From: Octopus bimaculoides
Taxonomy: Eukaryota
DNA length: 37,605 nucleotides
Assembly: GCF_001194135.2 (NCBI RefSeq)
Contig: NC_068986.1
Span: forward strand, 22,418,508-22,456,112
Direction of reading: 5' to 3'
Shown: piece after piece, positions 11,177 through 23,057 of the stretch
How positions within the stretch are numbered: position 1 is the stretch's first letter
Layout of the letters: each line of letters opens with the position of its first letter
Notes under the pieces: model-generated
What the model was told of the DNA's origin: nothing
The model's input: the letters and a program-made list of their open reading frames with translations, nothing else
The model's database searches: none
Made by a program: the position numbers and the translations under genes

Positions 11177-11732
11177 TAATAATAATAATTATTATAATTA
11201 TAATAATAATAATGAAATTATTGTGTATAGTGTTCAGGTGCACTACAACTCATCCAAGGTGCATGTACAGTACATAGAATTATGTACAAAAGTCAGGTCG
11301 TGATATACAGGTGTGCATGCGTATTGAGGGGGTGAGGATATCAGGTGTAGTGTTGGCGAATTTCAGGAAGCATGGAGGTTTTAAAGGATGCAGTGTCTTG
11401 GCAACTAACAATTGATGCGGGTAGTTTTTTTCCATGCTTCAGCAAATCTGAGTGTGAAAAAGCGTTTCTGAAAGTCATGGGAACTGTGCTGTTTTCTGAC
11501 TTTGTAGGCATGCCCACATGTGTTAGATACATGGAGCTCAGAAAGGTGCTCAAGGTGGTTGTTGGCACGATGGTTAATAATGTTATGGGTGTTTACTAAG
11601 TTAGTTGCTAGACATCGGAGCTTCAATGTATCTATGCCCAGGGAAGCAAGGCATTCAGAGTGTGGTAGATGTCTGATGGAAGGTATTCACTTGGTTGCAT
11701 GTCTCTGAACAGTTTCCAGGAGGCAATGTCCC
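11177..11732 (-). mobile_element. CR1-like LINE 3' fragment (RT C-terminus, 3' UTR, (ATT)n tail)
   Basis: LLETVQRHATK*IPSIRHLPHSECLASLGIDTLKLRCLATNL...CGHAYKVRKQHSSHDFQKRFFTLRFAEAWKK, frameshift, LPASIVSCQDTASFK; homologous to 33660-34160. Confidence 0.8.
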
Positions 11733-11733
11733 C

Positions 11734-11791
<58 letters not shown>

Positions 11792-11844
11792 CACACACAC
11801 ACATATATGCATATACATATTCTTGTTGAATGTGTGTGTGCCGG

Positions 11845-12155
11845 TGGCATGTGATCAAAACATTCGAGCGAGGTCATTGCCAGCGCCGCTAGATGACTCC
11901 TGTGCAGGTGGCATGTAAAAAAAACATTTGAGTGTGGCCATTGACAGTACCGCCAGACTGGCCCTCGTGCTGGTAGTACGTAAAATCACCCACTACACTC
12001 TCGAAGTGGTTGGCATTAGGAAGGGCATCCAGCTGTAGAAACTCTGCCAGATCAGATTGGAGCCTGGTGCAGCCATCTGGTTTGCCAGTCCTCAGTCAAA
12101 TCATCCAACCCATGCTAGCATGGAAAGCGGACGTAAAACGATGATGATGATGAAG
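11845..12155 (+). mobile_element. Family B repeat with (ATG)n tail
   Basis: Close match to 22090-22395. Confidence 0.8.
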
Positions 12156-12324
12156 TTGAATAATGAAAATGAGTGTTCAACATTGCATTGGTGGATAAAA
12201 TTTCTTCATTTGTGTTTTAAGGCTACCATTGGTTTCATGTTAAGAAAATATCTTAATATCTTAACAATTTTTGTAGTCAGTCGCATGGACAAATGTGTAT
12301 ACATATGTGTATATATATATGTGT

Positions 12325-12395
12325 NNNNNNNNNNNNNNNNNNNNNNNNNNNNNNNNNNNNNNNNNNNNNNNNNNNNNNNNNNNNNNNNNNNNNNN
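12325..12395. other. Assembly gap
   Basis: N run within (TG)n. Confidence 0.99.
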
Positions 12396-12449
<54 letters not shown>

Positions 12450-13039
12450 AGATAAAGAATTCAGCTGAAGGGGTAGGGATAAGATCATAATAATTATGCC
12501 TCAGATATGTGTGTATTGATTAGTACATTCTAAACTGTTGTAAGATATATAACACTAATACTCAAGAATTTAAGGAATTTCTTATGTTAATAGATTTTGG
12601 ACTGCGGGGGTGGGGTGGGGGAGAGTCAATAGAAACATCAATGGCACATAGCTGAAGAAATGTGACAAAGGGGAAGGACAAAGGTAAGTTGTATCCTTTA
12701 CTTTTATCACAGATTTCCCCTGTGATATGTAGCTACAATGTTGAGGTCCCCTTGTACTTTCAGGCAGAAGAAACAGTTCTAGTGACAATTTAAAAGAATG
12801 ATAGAGAAGTCTTTAGTGTTCCGTTGGCAGCTTTTGAAAAGTTCTGTAAAGATTAAAGATTAAGTAACAGTTGGGCTTTTGATGAAAAGATTATTGATTC
12901 GAATGAATAGATAAACTGTATTATCTGGAAAGGCTATCTGTTAGACCATCTAGGATTGCTTAAATTTGTTATCTATCTATCTATCTATCTATCTGTCTGT
13001 CTGTCTGTCTGTCTGTCTTCTTTCTTTCTTTCTTTCTTT

Positions 13040-13601
13040 CTTTCTTTTACTTGTTTTAGTCATTAGACTGTGGCCATGCTGGGGCACTGCCTTGAAGAAC
13101 TTTTAGTTGAATGAATTCACACCAGCACTATTTTTTGTCAAGCCTGGTACTTATTCTATCAGTATCTTTTGCACAACCACTAAGTTACGGGGATGTAAAC
13201 ACAGCGGCACTGGTTATCAAGTGGTGAGACGGACACACACACACACACACAGACACACACATACACGATGGGCTTCTTTCAGTTTCTTTCTACCAAATCT
13301 ACTCAGTTTCTGTCTACCAAATCTGCTAAGTTGTGGGGACATAAACAAACCATCACCAAATGTCAATTGTTATGGTGCATGAACACAAAAACATGCATGT
13401 GCACAGACACAGACTCCCTCTCTCTCTCTCACACATACACACACCTAATGGGCTGCTTCCACACAGTTTCCATCTGCCAAACTCCCTAACAAGACAGTTG
13501 TTGGGCCAGAGATATAGTAGAAGGCACTTGTCTTGGATGCTGCACAGTGGGATTGAACCTGAAACTTGTAAAGAAAGTTATTCAACCATGCAGTCATACC
13601 T
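13040..13601 (-). mobile_element. Family A SINE(s), fragmented with internal duplication
   Basis: Tail half 13040-13290, repeated TCTACCAAATCT segment, head half about 13450-13601. Confidence 0.65.
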
Positions 13602-14014
13602 GCATCATCATCATGAATGTGTGTGTGTGTGTATTTTTAAAAATTTAATTTGCTTTGCGGGAAGGACTGTTTTAATGAAGTTGCGTCTTTCCCTACCTTT
13701 GAAACACGGAGTAGATAAAACAAGGGACAACTGATGAAGGGAATGTTCTTTATGTTGCCTGTCTTGTTTCTCTATTTGTTTCTTTTGTTGTTCGAAAAAA
13801 AGATCGTTTTCTATGTTTTTGTTTTTTATGTTCTCGTTTCTCATTTTGTTGACGTTTTTTTGATGTCCTGTACCCATATAGGCATGTGTATATACATATA
13901 TATATATGTAGGTATGTACATATATGTATGTATATATGTATATATTATTTATATTATCATATGATCGAACACCACACATCCATTTTCAAGTAAGTTTTAT
14001 CCATATATATATAA

Positions 14015-14121
14015 ATATCAAAAATTTAAATGAGAGTTTTGACGCTAATATCTATTATTATTGCATAAGCTTCAATAATAATGGATATTATCGTCAAAAC
14101 TCTCATTTAAATTTTTGATAT
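14015..14121. repeat. 107-bp near-perfect inverted repeat (probable MITE)
   Basis: 49-bp arms 14015-14063 and 14073-14121 with 2 mismatches, 9-nt spacer, AT-rich flanks. Confidence 0.8.
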
Positions 14122-14141
14122 ATAACCAAGGAGATCGATCT

Positions 14142-14241
14142 NNNNNNNNNNNNNNNNNNNNNNNNNNNNNNNNNNNNNNNNNNNNNNNNNNNNNNNNNNN
14201 NNNNNNNNNNNNNNNNNNNNNNNNNNNNNNNNNNNNNNNNN
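14142..14241. other. Assembly gap
   Basis: N run of 100. Confidence 0.99.
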
Positions 14242-14399
14242 CACCTAGCTGTCTGGATGTTTTGCGTTCTTGTCCCATTTTTGTATTTTTTTTTAATATA
14301 TATATAAGAGACTAGGGGATGTGGCAATTTGCCGTACTTGATAAGACGTATCAAACTAAGTAAAATCACTGGCTTCAAATAGATACAGGCTTCTCCTTT

Positions 14400-14598
14400 C
14401 TGATGCTGGTGCCGCATAAATGCACCCATGCCAGAGGCACGTAAAAGGTACCCAGCACACTCTGTTAAGTGGTTGGCATTAAGAAGGGCATCAACTCATA
14501 GGAGCCATGCCACAACAGACAATTGGAGTCTGGACAGCTCCATCTCAAACCGTCCAACCCATGACAGAATGGAAAGTGGACATTAAATGATGATGATA
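14400..14598 (+). mobile_element. Family B repeat, degenerate
   Basis: AGTGGTTGGCATTAAGAAGGGCATC...GGACATTAAATGATGATGA. Confidence 0.7.
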
Positions 14599-14600
14599 TA

Positions 14601-14817
14601 TGAGTGGGTGCTGGAAAGTTCCTGGCTTTGGGTAAAAGAAAATACTGGATGATCAGTTAATTATGATTCTATTCAACATATTCACCTCTCAGATTCACAC
14701 ACTTCTTGCAGTGGTCCTTCAAATTTTATAAATCCTGTAAAAGAACTCAGAAGGTTGGCCCTCCAACCAGGCCTTTCATGATACCCTTAAAGCCAGGAAC
14801 CTTCAGTAACCCCCTTG
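14601..14817. mobile_element. Mariner-type MITE
   Basis: About 30-bp imperfect TIRs with perfect core TTCCTGGCTTT (14619-14629) / AAAGCCAGGAA (14789-14799); TA on both flanks. Confidence 0.75.
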
Positions 14818-14835
14818 TATATATATATATATATA

Positions 14836-14937
14836 NNNNNNNNNNNNNNNNNNNNNNNNNNNNNNNNNNNNNNNNNNNNNNNNNNNNNNNNNNNNNNNNN
14901 NNNNNNNNNNNNNNNNNNNNNNNNNNNNNNNNNNNNN
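14836..14937. other. Assembly gap
   Basis: N run. Confidence 0.99.
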
Positions 14938-14946
14938 GGGGGGGGG

Positions 14947-15141
14947 GGCACAAACGCAGACACACAAGTATATATATAATGGGCTTCTTTCAGTTTCCAT
15001 CTACCAAATCCACCCACAAGGCTTTAGCTGGCCCGAGGCTATAGTAGAAGACACTTGCCTAAGGTGCCACGCAGTGGGACTGAACCTGGAACCGTGAGGT
15101 TGGGAAGCAAGCTTCTTACCATACAGCCACTCCTGTGCCTA
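14947..15141 (-). mobile_element. Family A SINE head half
   Basis: Reverse complement of the 384-540 segment. Confidence 0.8.
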
Positions 15142-15444
15142 TATGTATGTATATATGTATGTGGAGTTGTATAACTGAGAGAAATAGGATTAATCAACAA
15201 AATTCCTAGTATGCGTGATATTTTTAATTGAAAGTAAATACCAGCACAAATGATGTGAAATTGCTTAAATCAGAGAATGAAGTCTCAGTTCTTTTCTGTA
15301 ATAACAACAATAATTATAATTGAAAAAAGCTGACAAACACTTATATATTTGACAATTAGCTGCAATAGCAGTTTTGCATTACTATCCATTAAACAATAGT
15401 ATTAGCGGTGTCAGCAAGGGTTCTCTAAATATATACTATCTTCA

Positions 15445-15571
15445 TTATATTGAAGTATCAAATGTACTGTTATCTTTCATTGATAACTGAATTACTGACT
15501 TGTCCTCGACACTCTTCAATTGGTGTGTCAAGGTCCCGTCAACCTGGTGAACTTCATCATTCACTAAGCTT
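15445..15571 (-). CDS. Candidate terminal coding exon of an uncharacterised gene
   Basis: Acceptor GTAACTTCTGGCCCATCTTCAG; phase-2 start gives SLVNDEVHQVDGTLTHQLKSVEDKSVIQLSMKDNSTFDTSI*; no homology recognised. Confidence 0.3.
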
Positions 15572-15769
15572 CTGAAGATGGGCCAGAAGTTACAAACATA
15601 AAGAGTAAGTGAAGTAAAATTTCCACCTGAGAATTGAACCTGTATCATAGATTTGGTGCTCTGGGTGCTTACTACCACTCCACTCAATACTGCTTCTACT
15701 AAGTAAGATTTATGAAACTAGTTTCTGAGAAAAGATTTTCTTTTTCTTCAGAAAACATGTAATACAGGA

Positions 15770-16201
15770 CAGTGATTCTCAACTGTGGCCCATATGACCC
15801 TTGTGGCTTTGTATAAGATTTTGTTGTTAAATTTTATGTGCAATAAATTGGTTATATTTCAACAATGCACAAAATATTTCAACAGTTTTTTTCTTTTTTC
15901 AGTTCTATATTTAAGAGTTGAGGAATTATGTACATTATTTACATTTAATGATATCTGTCCTCATCTTGTTTGTTGTTAACACAACATTTCGGCTGATATA
16001 CCCGCCAGCCTTCCTGAAAGCTGGAGAGTATATCAGCCGAAATGTTGTGTTAATAACAAACAAAATGAGGACAAATATCCATCAAATGTAAATAATGTAG
16101 TCTTTTTTTTTTTTTCAGACAATTATTTTTGTCATTAGGGTCCAGTTGAGAAAAATCAAAATCAAAGTGGTCCATAGGCAAAAAATGTTTGAAAACCACT
16201 G
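15770..16201. mobile_element. hAT (Charlie-like) MITE
   Basis: TIRs CAGTGATTCTCAAC / TTTGAAAACCACTG; 8-bp TSD ATACAGGA / ATACAGAA (7 of 8). Confidence 0.8.
15931..16099. mobile_element. 169-bp palindromic element nested in the hAT MITE
   Basis: Arms of about 80 bp pair with few mismatches; both ends read TACATTATTTACATTT inward. Confidence 0.8.
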
Positions 16202-16263
16202 ATACAGAACATCTTTGATAATTTTTTTAAAGCCAAAACAAAGCGAGTTATATAAAAATAATA

Positions 16264-16448
16264 CAGGTCGATGGTTAGTCTTATTATTTGGTATTTCAAT
16301 ATTATAGTCTTAGGACACCCTCAGGAAACCTATAGAGAAAATATGTTGTTAGTTGACTTCTCTGCTTACAACACCCTTTCTCCATAGATTTCCTGAAGAA
16401 GGGGTCCCAATATTGAAATACCAGGTAAAAGTACTAACCATTGACCTG
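16264..16448. mobile_element. Palindromic Tc1/mariner-type MITE
   Basis: TA|CAGGTCGATGGTTAGT ... ACTAACCATTGACCTG|TA; internal IRs TGGTATTTCAATATT / AATATTGAAATACCA and TCAGGAAAC...GAGAAA / TTTCTC...TTTCCTGA. Confidence 0.75.
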
Positions 16449-17871
16449 TATTACTAATTTTTGTAATTTGCTTTGTTTTGGCTTTAAAAGAAATAACCAA
16501 AATCTTTTATATATATCAGACAATGGTTCATGAAAACTATATTACTCTACTATAGAACATTTTGTTTTTAAGTTGTGCTATAGTAGGATTAAAAATTATT
16601 AAATTTCAGTGGTAACATAACAGCAATTGTATTTCAATTGAAATTTCATTAAAGTCAATTTAGTATTTTAAACTTAAACCAGACAACACACCTCATCCTT
16701 TAGGACTGATACCACCCTACGTGAAAAGTCTCTGACCGAATCAAACTTGTCTGTAGTTTGTGGGGTTCATGACTTTGAGTGCCTGCAATGGCAACCTCAG
16801 GATAACCCACTGTATACTGGTACCATTTTATAATTTGTAATTAAAATATGCATCCTGCACTTGCCTATCATTATGGAAATTTACTCAATGAACCTGTTTG
16901 GCTCAGAACAGAAAAAGATAAGCATGTATTTCTGAGAGAATACTTACTACCAATTCAAAAGAAAAAATAACATATTGAGAAAAGCATGGAAATAAATTCA
17001 ACTAAAGAAAAGCTGTAGGAGCGTCATTTGTAGATTAATCAGAATTGTGGTAGGTCAAGACATGTAGATAGAGGGTCTGACAATCTCACAGAAACAGGTT
17101 GAAGATACAAGTAGGTGGGAAAAAACACTCTTGATTATTTTGGTAAAAATAGATTGGAAGTTGTTCATGTGACTTTGTGTACATGTGTATGTGTGTGTAT
17201 ATGTTTGCACATGCATGTTTATGAGAAATGAATATATTGTTTTAAATGTAAAATAGAGGTTAAGTTGATGTGAAAATTTGAAGACAATCATTGACTGTCA
17301 GATATCAAAATAAGTTATTTCAGCTGTTTAGTTAACTTTGATTTACTTGGTTCATTTTATACTTCACCATGAATCTAAACTAGTTCACAACAATTGATTA
17401 TCTAATTTTAATTCTATGATCAATCATTTTATTGTCTTTAATTGGAGAAACGCCTTTTCCTCTCATTTTGTATCTCATACTTGATCTACTTATTTCCTGT
17501 ATTCTCAGTTTTTAGGTCTCTCATCAGTCAGGGTAAGATCCTTTTTACTAAATACTTAGGATTTGTTTGACACCTTACCCAATCAGTATTTTGTTTAACT
17601 TTTGTGATACCATTGCACCTGAGACCACCCTTGACTCTGTGTTACAAACTTTGTTCTTTAAAATGACTAAATCATAACCTCCCATTAAATTTCTTGTTAA
17701 ATTACGTTTCAAGCACCAGCTTAATAAAGACAAGGTTATTTTAGCTATTTTATTAAATTCTCCAAGCTAGTGTATTTCAAAAGAAATATGGTAATAAAAT
17801 AGCTAATTTCATGCTAGACTCTACAGCAAAGGAGTGGCTTTATCAATCACATAACTTTCTGATTTGATTAC

Positions 17872-17946
17872 CTTATATTCTTCCAAATTACTTCATACCA
17901 AAGGGATAAGACCAGATTCCCAGCTTCAGAGAGTGAGTTCATATTC
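17872..17946 (-). CDS. Candidate internal coding exon (75 nt, phase 2-2)
   Basis: CATTTGAAACAG|G ... AAG|GTAATC; only the phase-2 frame is open: NMNSLSEAGNLVLSLWYEVIWKNI. Confidence 0.3.
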
Positions 17947-18760
17947 CTGTTTCAAATGTCTCACATCTCTGGACTTCATACTTAATTCTATTGTTTACCG
18001 AAGTGGAAAGCAAGAAGCAGAACTTCCAGAGAAGATTTGCATCTGTTAACCTCATGGAGATTAACATTACAAAAACTGAAGCTAAACATGAACCTTCTGA
18101 GTCTCTCAGGTTTATGAAGGATCAACTTAGTTTTAGAATTAATATTCTGAGTTTCTGTAGTAAATACTGTAGAATTGAAAATAAACTCTCAACAAGCCAG
18201 GTGTACAACTGTAGCTCAGTTATGATTCCTAATAGTAGCCATTCTTTTTCATATTTGTTGCTAACATATTCTTGATAAATCCATGAACATCACATGGCTC
18301 ATGTCTTTTTGTATTCTTGAAAATCTAAAACTAAGAAACCAAATTTTAGAAAATATATTAAACGCATGTGTACTAAGAGGGACTCAAATTCATTTCTGGA
18401 ATAAGTTGGTATATTTACCAATTATGATACCAACCCTATAAATTAAGCTTAGAAAAATTTCCAAAATATATCTTACATAAATATAACTGTCTTTTTTTAG
18501 CAGCAGTGACAAATTAAGTGAAGAGAAATTATTATATGCAGTAATTACAGACTTGGCTTACCAGAAGAGATTTATCTATAATATAATGACATTGATGAAA
18601 AGCTGATAGAATGTCTTCATTTATCGCTAATTCATCCATTACTGATCCAGGATAATATGACATGCTCTATTGCGAACCATGTTATGCTTATTATGTATGG
18701 ATCTTTCATAACACAAGCCAGTGATCAGTCAAATATACTGTTTGGTCTGTAAAAGCTCAC

Positions 18761-18876
18761 CTCAGTAACCATCCACAATGTTCAGTCACCCTGAATGCAC
18801 TCATTTTTGCATCATCATGCAAGGCAGCTTTTTTTTTATATGAATTTACATACATGTACCCATCAACAGGCCACCA
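18761..18876 (-). CDS. Candidate internal coding exon (116 nt, phase 0-2) of an uncharacterised gene
   Basis: Strong acceptor TAATTTTTTCCAG| and donor GAG|GTGAGC; open frame WWPVDGYMYVNSYKKKAALHDDAKMSAFRVTEHCGWLL. Confidence 0.5.
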
Positions 18877-19609
18877 CTGGAAAAAATTACAAAGGTGTCT
18901 GGTCCTAACAAACAATGTACATGAGTGTGTTTATTATTTACTGATCATTTGTTATTAAATTTTACTCTAAATATTATTCCAATCATGGAACAATATCATT
19001 ATGTGTGTTTGAAAAAAAAACTGTTTGGAATCTCAGAATGAAACTCTTTGTTTCCCATATGTTCTATAATCCATTTATTGCTTAATTCATTCAACACCAT
19101 TTAAAAAATTTTTTGTAACACCTGTGATAAATAAGGATAGATGGTACTTAGTTATGGTCCTTTAGATTCTGAGGTCAAATCTCATGAGGTCAAATTTGCC
19201 TTTAACTTTCTACGGTAGATAAAATACCATTCATACACTGAAGTTAGTTTAATAATCCTATAAAAAATCCTGTGTGGTTACAGAATTATAATCAAAGGCT
19301 TATACAGCATAGTATTAATACTCAACATAATGAAGTGTTTATTTGTAAAACTGTCTGCTGTATTACTTAATTGAATAGTTCTGTAGTCAGTTCCTATCAA
19401 AGTTATTATAAACTTTGATTAGTTAGTAATTAACTATATTTGGTGCAACAGGGAATGTAGGTCAAGAAGTGTAATGCATTGCCCAACTGCAGCAACCTGA
19501 ACTACTCAACTACAACAGAATGTGTTTTTTAACTGTAGACATTCCTGCAGGCTGCAATTAAGACATAGAATAGTATTCACAAGTAAATCACCCTTGTTCT
19601 ATGACTGTC

Positions 19610-19810
19610 ATCATCATCATATGTCCATTTTTCCATGCTTGCATGGTTTGGACAGAATGTGTTGAGGCAGATTTTTTTATGACTGGCTGCCCTTCCTGTT
19701 ACCAACACTCACCTGCTTCTAAGCAAGGTAATATTTTCCCATACCTAGACTTTTGTTTTTTTAATAGAAGGACTTGTAGGACTTGCTCATTTACAACAAT
19801 CATATGATGT
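19610..19810 (-). mobile_element. Family B variant repeat
   Basis: (CAT)n then TTTCCATGCTTGCATGG, as at 7186. Confidence 0.6.
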
Positions 19811-20084
19811 CTAGCCCTGAAACATGATTTGAAAGTTTTGTTAAAATGGTCTTGATTGAAACAGTATAGTTTTACTCAATCAGAAATGATCCATGGCCTA
19901 ATAATACTAATGCTTCTGATTAGTGTAGGATCACATTACATAGTTCACTATGTAGTGTCTGGATGTGTTTGCTAACAAAGCTGATGGTTATATATATAAT
20001 GGAAATATTGGTTTTTATTTGTTATAAAATGGAGAAAAAAATTCGATCATTTATGATTAAATTAAAGAAATTATCATTTCATTT

Positions 20085-20290
20085 TACATTTCATTCTAAT
20101 GTTCACTTTTCTGAGCTTGTATGGGTCATATAGAATTTGTTGAGATAGATTTTCTATGGCTGGATGCACTTCCTGTCACTGACCCTCACTAGTTTCCAAG
20201 CAAGATAATATTTCTCCATGGCTGGACATGTTTTCACAGAAGATTGGAAATGAGAGGCACTTTCTCTATGATAGTGATGCTCATTTACAC
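20085..20290 (-). mobile_element. Family B variant repeat
   Basis: GGCTGGATGCACTTCCTGTC...CTCCATGGCTGGACATG, as at 7186. Confidence 0.6.
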
Positions 20291-20354
20291 TATCTCATCC
20301 TCCCCATACATGAACATATATATAAGTATATATATATATATATATAAGTATATA

Positions 20355-20703
20355 TTGGCTGTGGCCATGCAGGAGCATTGCCCTTTTAGTTGAAGAAATC
20401 AACCCCTGGACTTATTCTTTGTAAGCCTGGTACTTATTCTATTGATCCGTTTTACCAAACCGCTAAGTTTTGGGGACGTAAACACACCAACATTAGTTGT
20501 CAAGCGATGGTGGGGAAACAAATACATACATACATACATACATACATATACACATATGACAGGCTTCTTTCAGTTTCCATCTTCACTCACTTCAAATTCA
20601 CACACAAGGCTTTGGTTAGCCCAAGACTATAAAAGAAGACACTTGCCATGCAGTGGGACTGAATCCTGAACCATGTGGTTGGAAAGCAAGTTCCTTACCA
20701 CAC

Positions 20704-20756
<53 letters not shown>

Positions 20757-20912
20757 GTTTCTTTCATTTTCTGTCCACCAGCTCCACTTACAAGGTTTTG
20801 GTCACCTCAGAGCTATAGAAAAAGACACTTGCCCAAGATGTCATGCTGTGGGAGTGAACCCTAAACAATGTGACTAGGAAGCAAACTTCTGAACCACACG
20901 CCAAGCCTGTAC
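20355..20912 (-). mobile_element. Two adjacent family A SINEs separated by (GT)n
   Basis: Near-full copy 20355-20705, (GT)n 20707-20752, head half 20757-20912. Confidence 0.75.
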
Positions 20913-21558
20913 TTATAAGTAATGAATATAAATAGCTAGGATTATTTAGCTATACTGTGTAGGACTTCAATTCATTTTCTAGAATTTTCTGGTAAATTCA
21001 GGGGTTTTTTTTTTTTGCAGAAATATTATACAGATATCTTATACAAATATTATTGTGTCTTTCTCAGAGCTATTAACATCTTATATAAAGAGCAATGATT
21101 ACAACAAGGAATCATAGAATTAGCTCATAGGAAGGTTAAACATGGGTATCAGTTGATGAGAAAAATATTGCAGCAAAGAAACCAGAGTGGCGTCAACTTT
21201 CAGAATATATGAGTATTTAGGGTTAGGATTTTCTAGATCATTAACTTTATCTTTAAAGTCTATATTTATAACAGGTACATTCATCAATGGCATAAGAAAC
21301 TCATTACTTTTAGTTTAGAAATAAAAGTTCCTAATTTTGGAATTCAGTCTGAAACTGTGTCTACACATTTAGGAATAACACACCTGATGTTGATCTGTGA
21401 TCAAAGTGATCAAAATGTTATGTAGCTGTAATTATATGCTATAAAGACCAGGTTAACACTTGATTAAATCATAATCTTATAAACAGCATCATTCCAGACA
21501 ATCTTAATATTTCCTGGAAAACTACATAACATAATAAATAAATAAATAAATAAATAAA

Positions 21559-21594
<36 letters not shown>

Positions 21595-21954
21595 NNNNNN
21601 NNNNNNNNNNNNNNNNNNNNNNNNNNNNNNNNNNNNNNNNNNNNNNNNNNNNNNNNNNNNNNNNNNNNNNNNNNNNNNNNNNNNNNNNNNNNNNNNNNNN
21701 NNNNNNNNNNNNNNNNNNNNNNNNNNNNNNNNNNNNNNNNNNNNNNNNNNNNNNNNNNNNNNNNNNNNNNNNNNNNNNNNNNNNNNNNNNNNNNNNNNNN
21801 NNNNNNNNNNNNNNNNNNNNNNNNNNNNNNNNNNNNNNNNNNNNNNNNNNNNNNNNNNNNNNNNNNNNNNNNNNNNNNNNNNNNNNNNNNNNNNNNNNNN
21901 NNNNNNNNNNNNNNNNNNNNNNNNNNNNNNNNNNNNNNNNNNNNNNNNNNNNNN
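21595..21954. other. Assembly gap
   Basis: N run after (TAAA)n and (TA)n. Confidence 0.99.
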
Positions 21955-22089
21955 GTGTGCATGGTTTGGTGGTTTATCTGTTAGTATGTTTGTGTGTGTG
22001 TGTGTGTGTATGACGTAGTGGAAGAAATTAGTAGCAAGACTGGTTAGTGGACGCTTATAGACAGTGTTATATATATATATATATATAAA

Positions 22090-22395
22090 ACATTATTCGA
22101 GTGAGGTCGTTGTCAGTGCCGCTGAACTGGCTCCTGTGCAGGTAGCACGTAAAAAACACCATTTGAGCATGGCCGTTGCCAGTACTACCTGACTGGCCCT
22201 CGTGCCGGTGGCACGTAAAAGCACTCACTACACTCTTGGAGTGGTTGGCGTTAAGAAGGGTATCCAGCTGTAGAAAATCTGCCAGATCAGATTGGAGCCT
22301 GGTGCAACCATCTGGCTCGCCAGTCCTCAGTCAAACTGTCCAACCCATGCTAGCATGGAAAGCGGACGTTAAACGATGATGATGATGATGATGAT
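22090..22395 (+). mobile_element. Family B repeat with (ATG)n tail
   Basis: Close match to 11845-12155. Confidence 0.8.
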
Positions 22396-22496
22396 ATATA
22401 AAACTACTTGTTCCATATTTTTCTCATTTGAGAAGTAGTTAGCTTGTTCTACCATCTCTGGTTTCTTGTGGAATATTCTTTTCTTCTTCAACTTAC

Positions 22497-22516
22497 TTTG
22501 GAAATGTGAAAGCCAT
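22497..22516 (-). CDS. Candidate 20-nt micro-exon
   Basis: TTTTTTTCCTTCTTTAAG|ATGGCTTTCACATTTCCAAA|GTAAGT; phase 1-0 reading (D)GFHISK joins the 18876 exon in frame. Confidence 0.35.
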
Positions 22517-22613
22517 CTTAAAGAAGGAAAAAAATACAAATAAAACTAGATACTTGAATTTAGATATATAATTTTCCAAATTAGCACCAGAAAACAAGAT
22601 ATTAGTTGCCTAC

Positions 22614-22624
22614 CCTTGCCTTCC
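22614..22624 (-). CDS. Candidate 11-nt micro-exon
   Basis: TTCCTTTACTCTGTCTTCCAG|GGAAGGCAAGG|GTAGGC; 97-nt intron to the 20-nt candidate; speculative. Confidence 0.15.
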
Positions 22625-23057
22625 CTGGAAGACAGAGTAAAGGAATTGTGTAATTATTTTCAGAAATTATATTTTGTACCTCATTTAAAAAAAAAAAAAA
22701 TTTAATGCTAGCATATATTTAGTTGTTCTGAAAGCTTAGTTTCTTAAATATATTTCTGATGTTGAACTATTATTGATTTTTAGCATTTCTGACATCAAAC
22801 CAAAAATTTTGTTGTAGGGCACAGTCGTTTAAATCACACCCCCACCTGAAGCTACTGGTACTTGATTAGATGAAAGGCAAAGCAGAATCTAGTGGGATTT
22901 CAGCTTAAAATGTAAAGGGATGTGGTTAATTACCCTAAAGCATTTTGTCTATAGTTTCTGCTATTCACCATTCTTTGATGTTGATAATATTGCCAAATCA
23001 CAAGAATTCTTTTCAATTCAATTATTGAGTTTTTATTTATTTACTTTTATTTATTTA

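Noticed and set aside
13718-13769. CTGATGA followed by a stem II-like AGGGAA/TTCTTT, with flanking AAACAAG/CTTGTTT pairing
   Set aside because: No GAAA box or NUH triplet; at most a dead remnant.
15635-15692. Minus-strand tRNA-like A box and B box (TGGAGTGGTAG...GGTTCAATTC)
   Set aside because: No cloverleaf can be drawn; more likely a decayed SINE head. It also argues that the upstream half of ORF 15445-15687 is not coding.
17991-18275. 94-aa plus ORF, with an overlapping open minus frame
   Set aside because: No recognisable motif, TTG-type start and no convincing splice-site pair.
18562-18666. Minus-strand open segment SMSYYPGSVMDELAINEDILSAFHQCHYIIDKSLL ending at CTG|GTAAGC
   Set aside because: Good donor but weak acceptor, and its phase does not fit the adjacent 116-nt exon; unresolved without RNA data.
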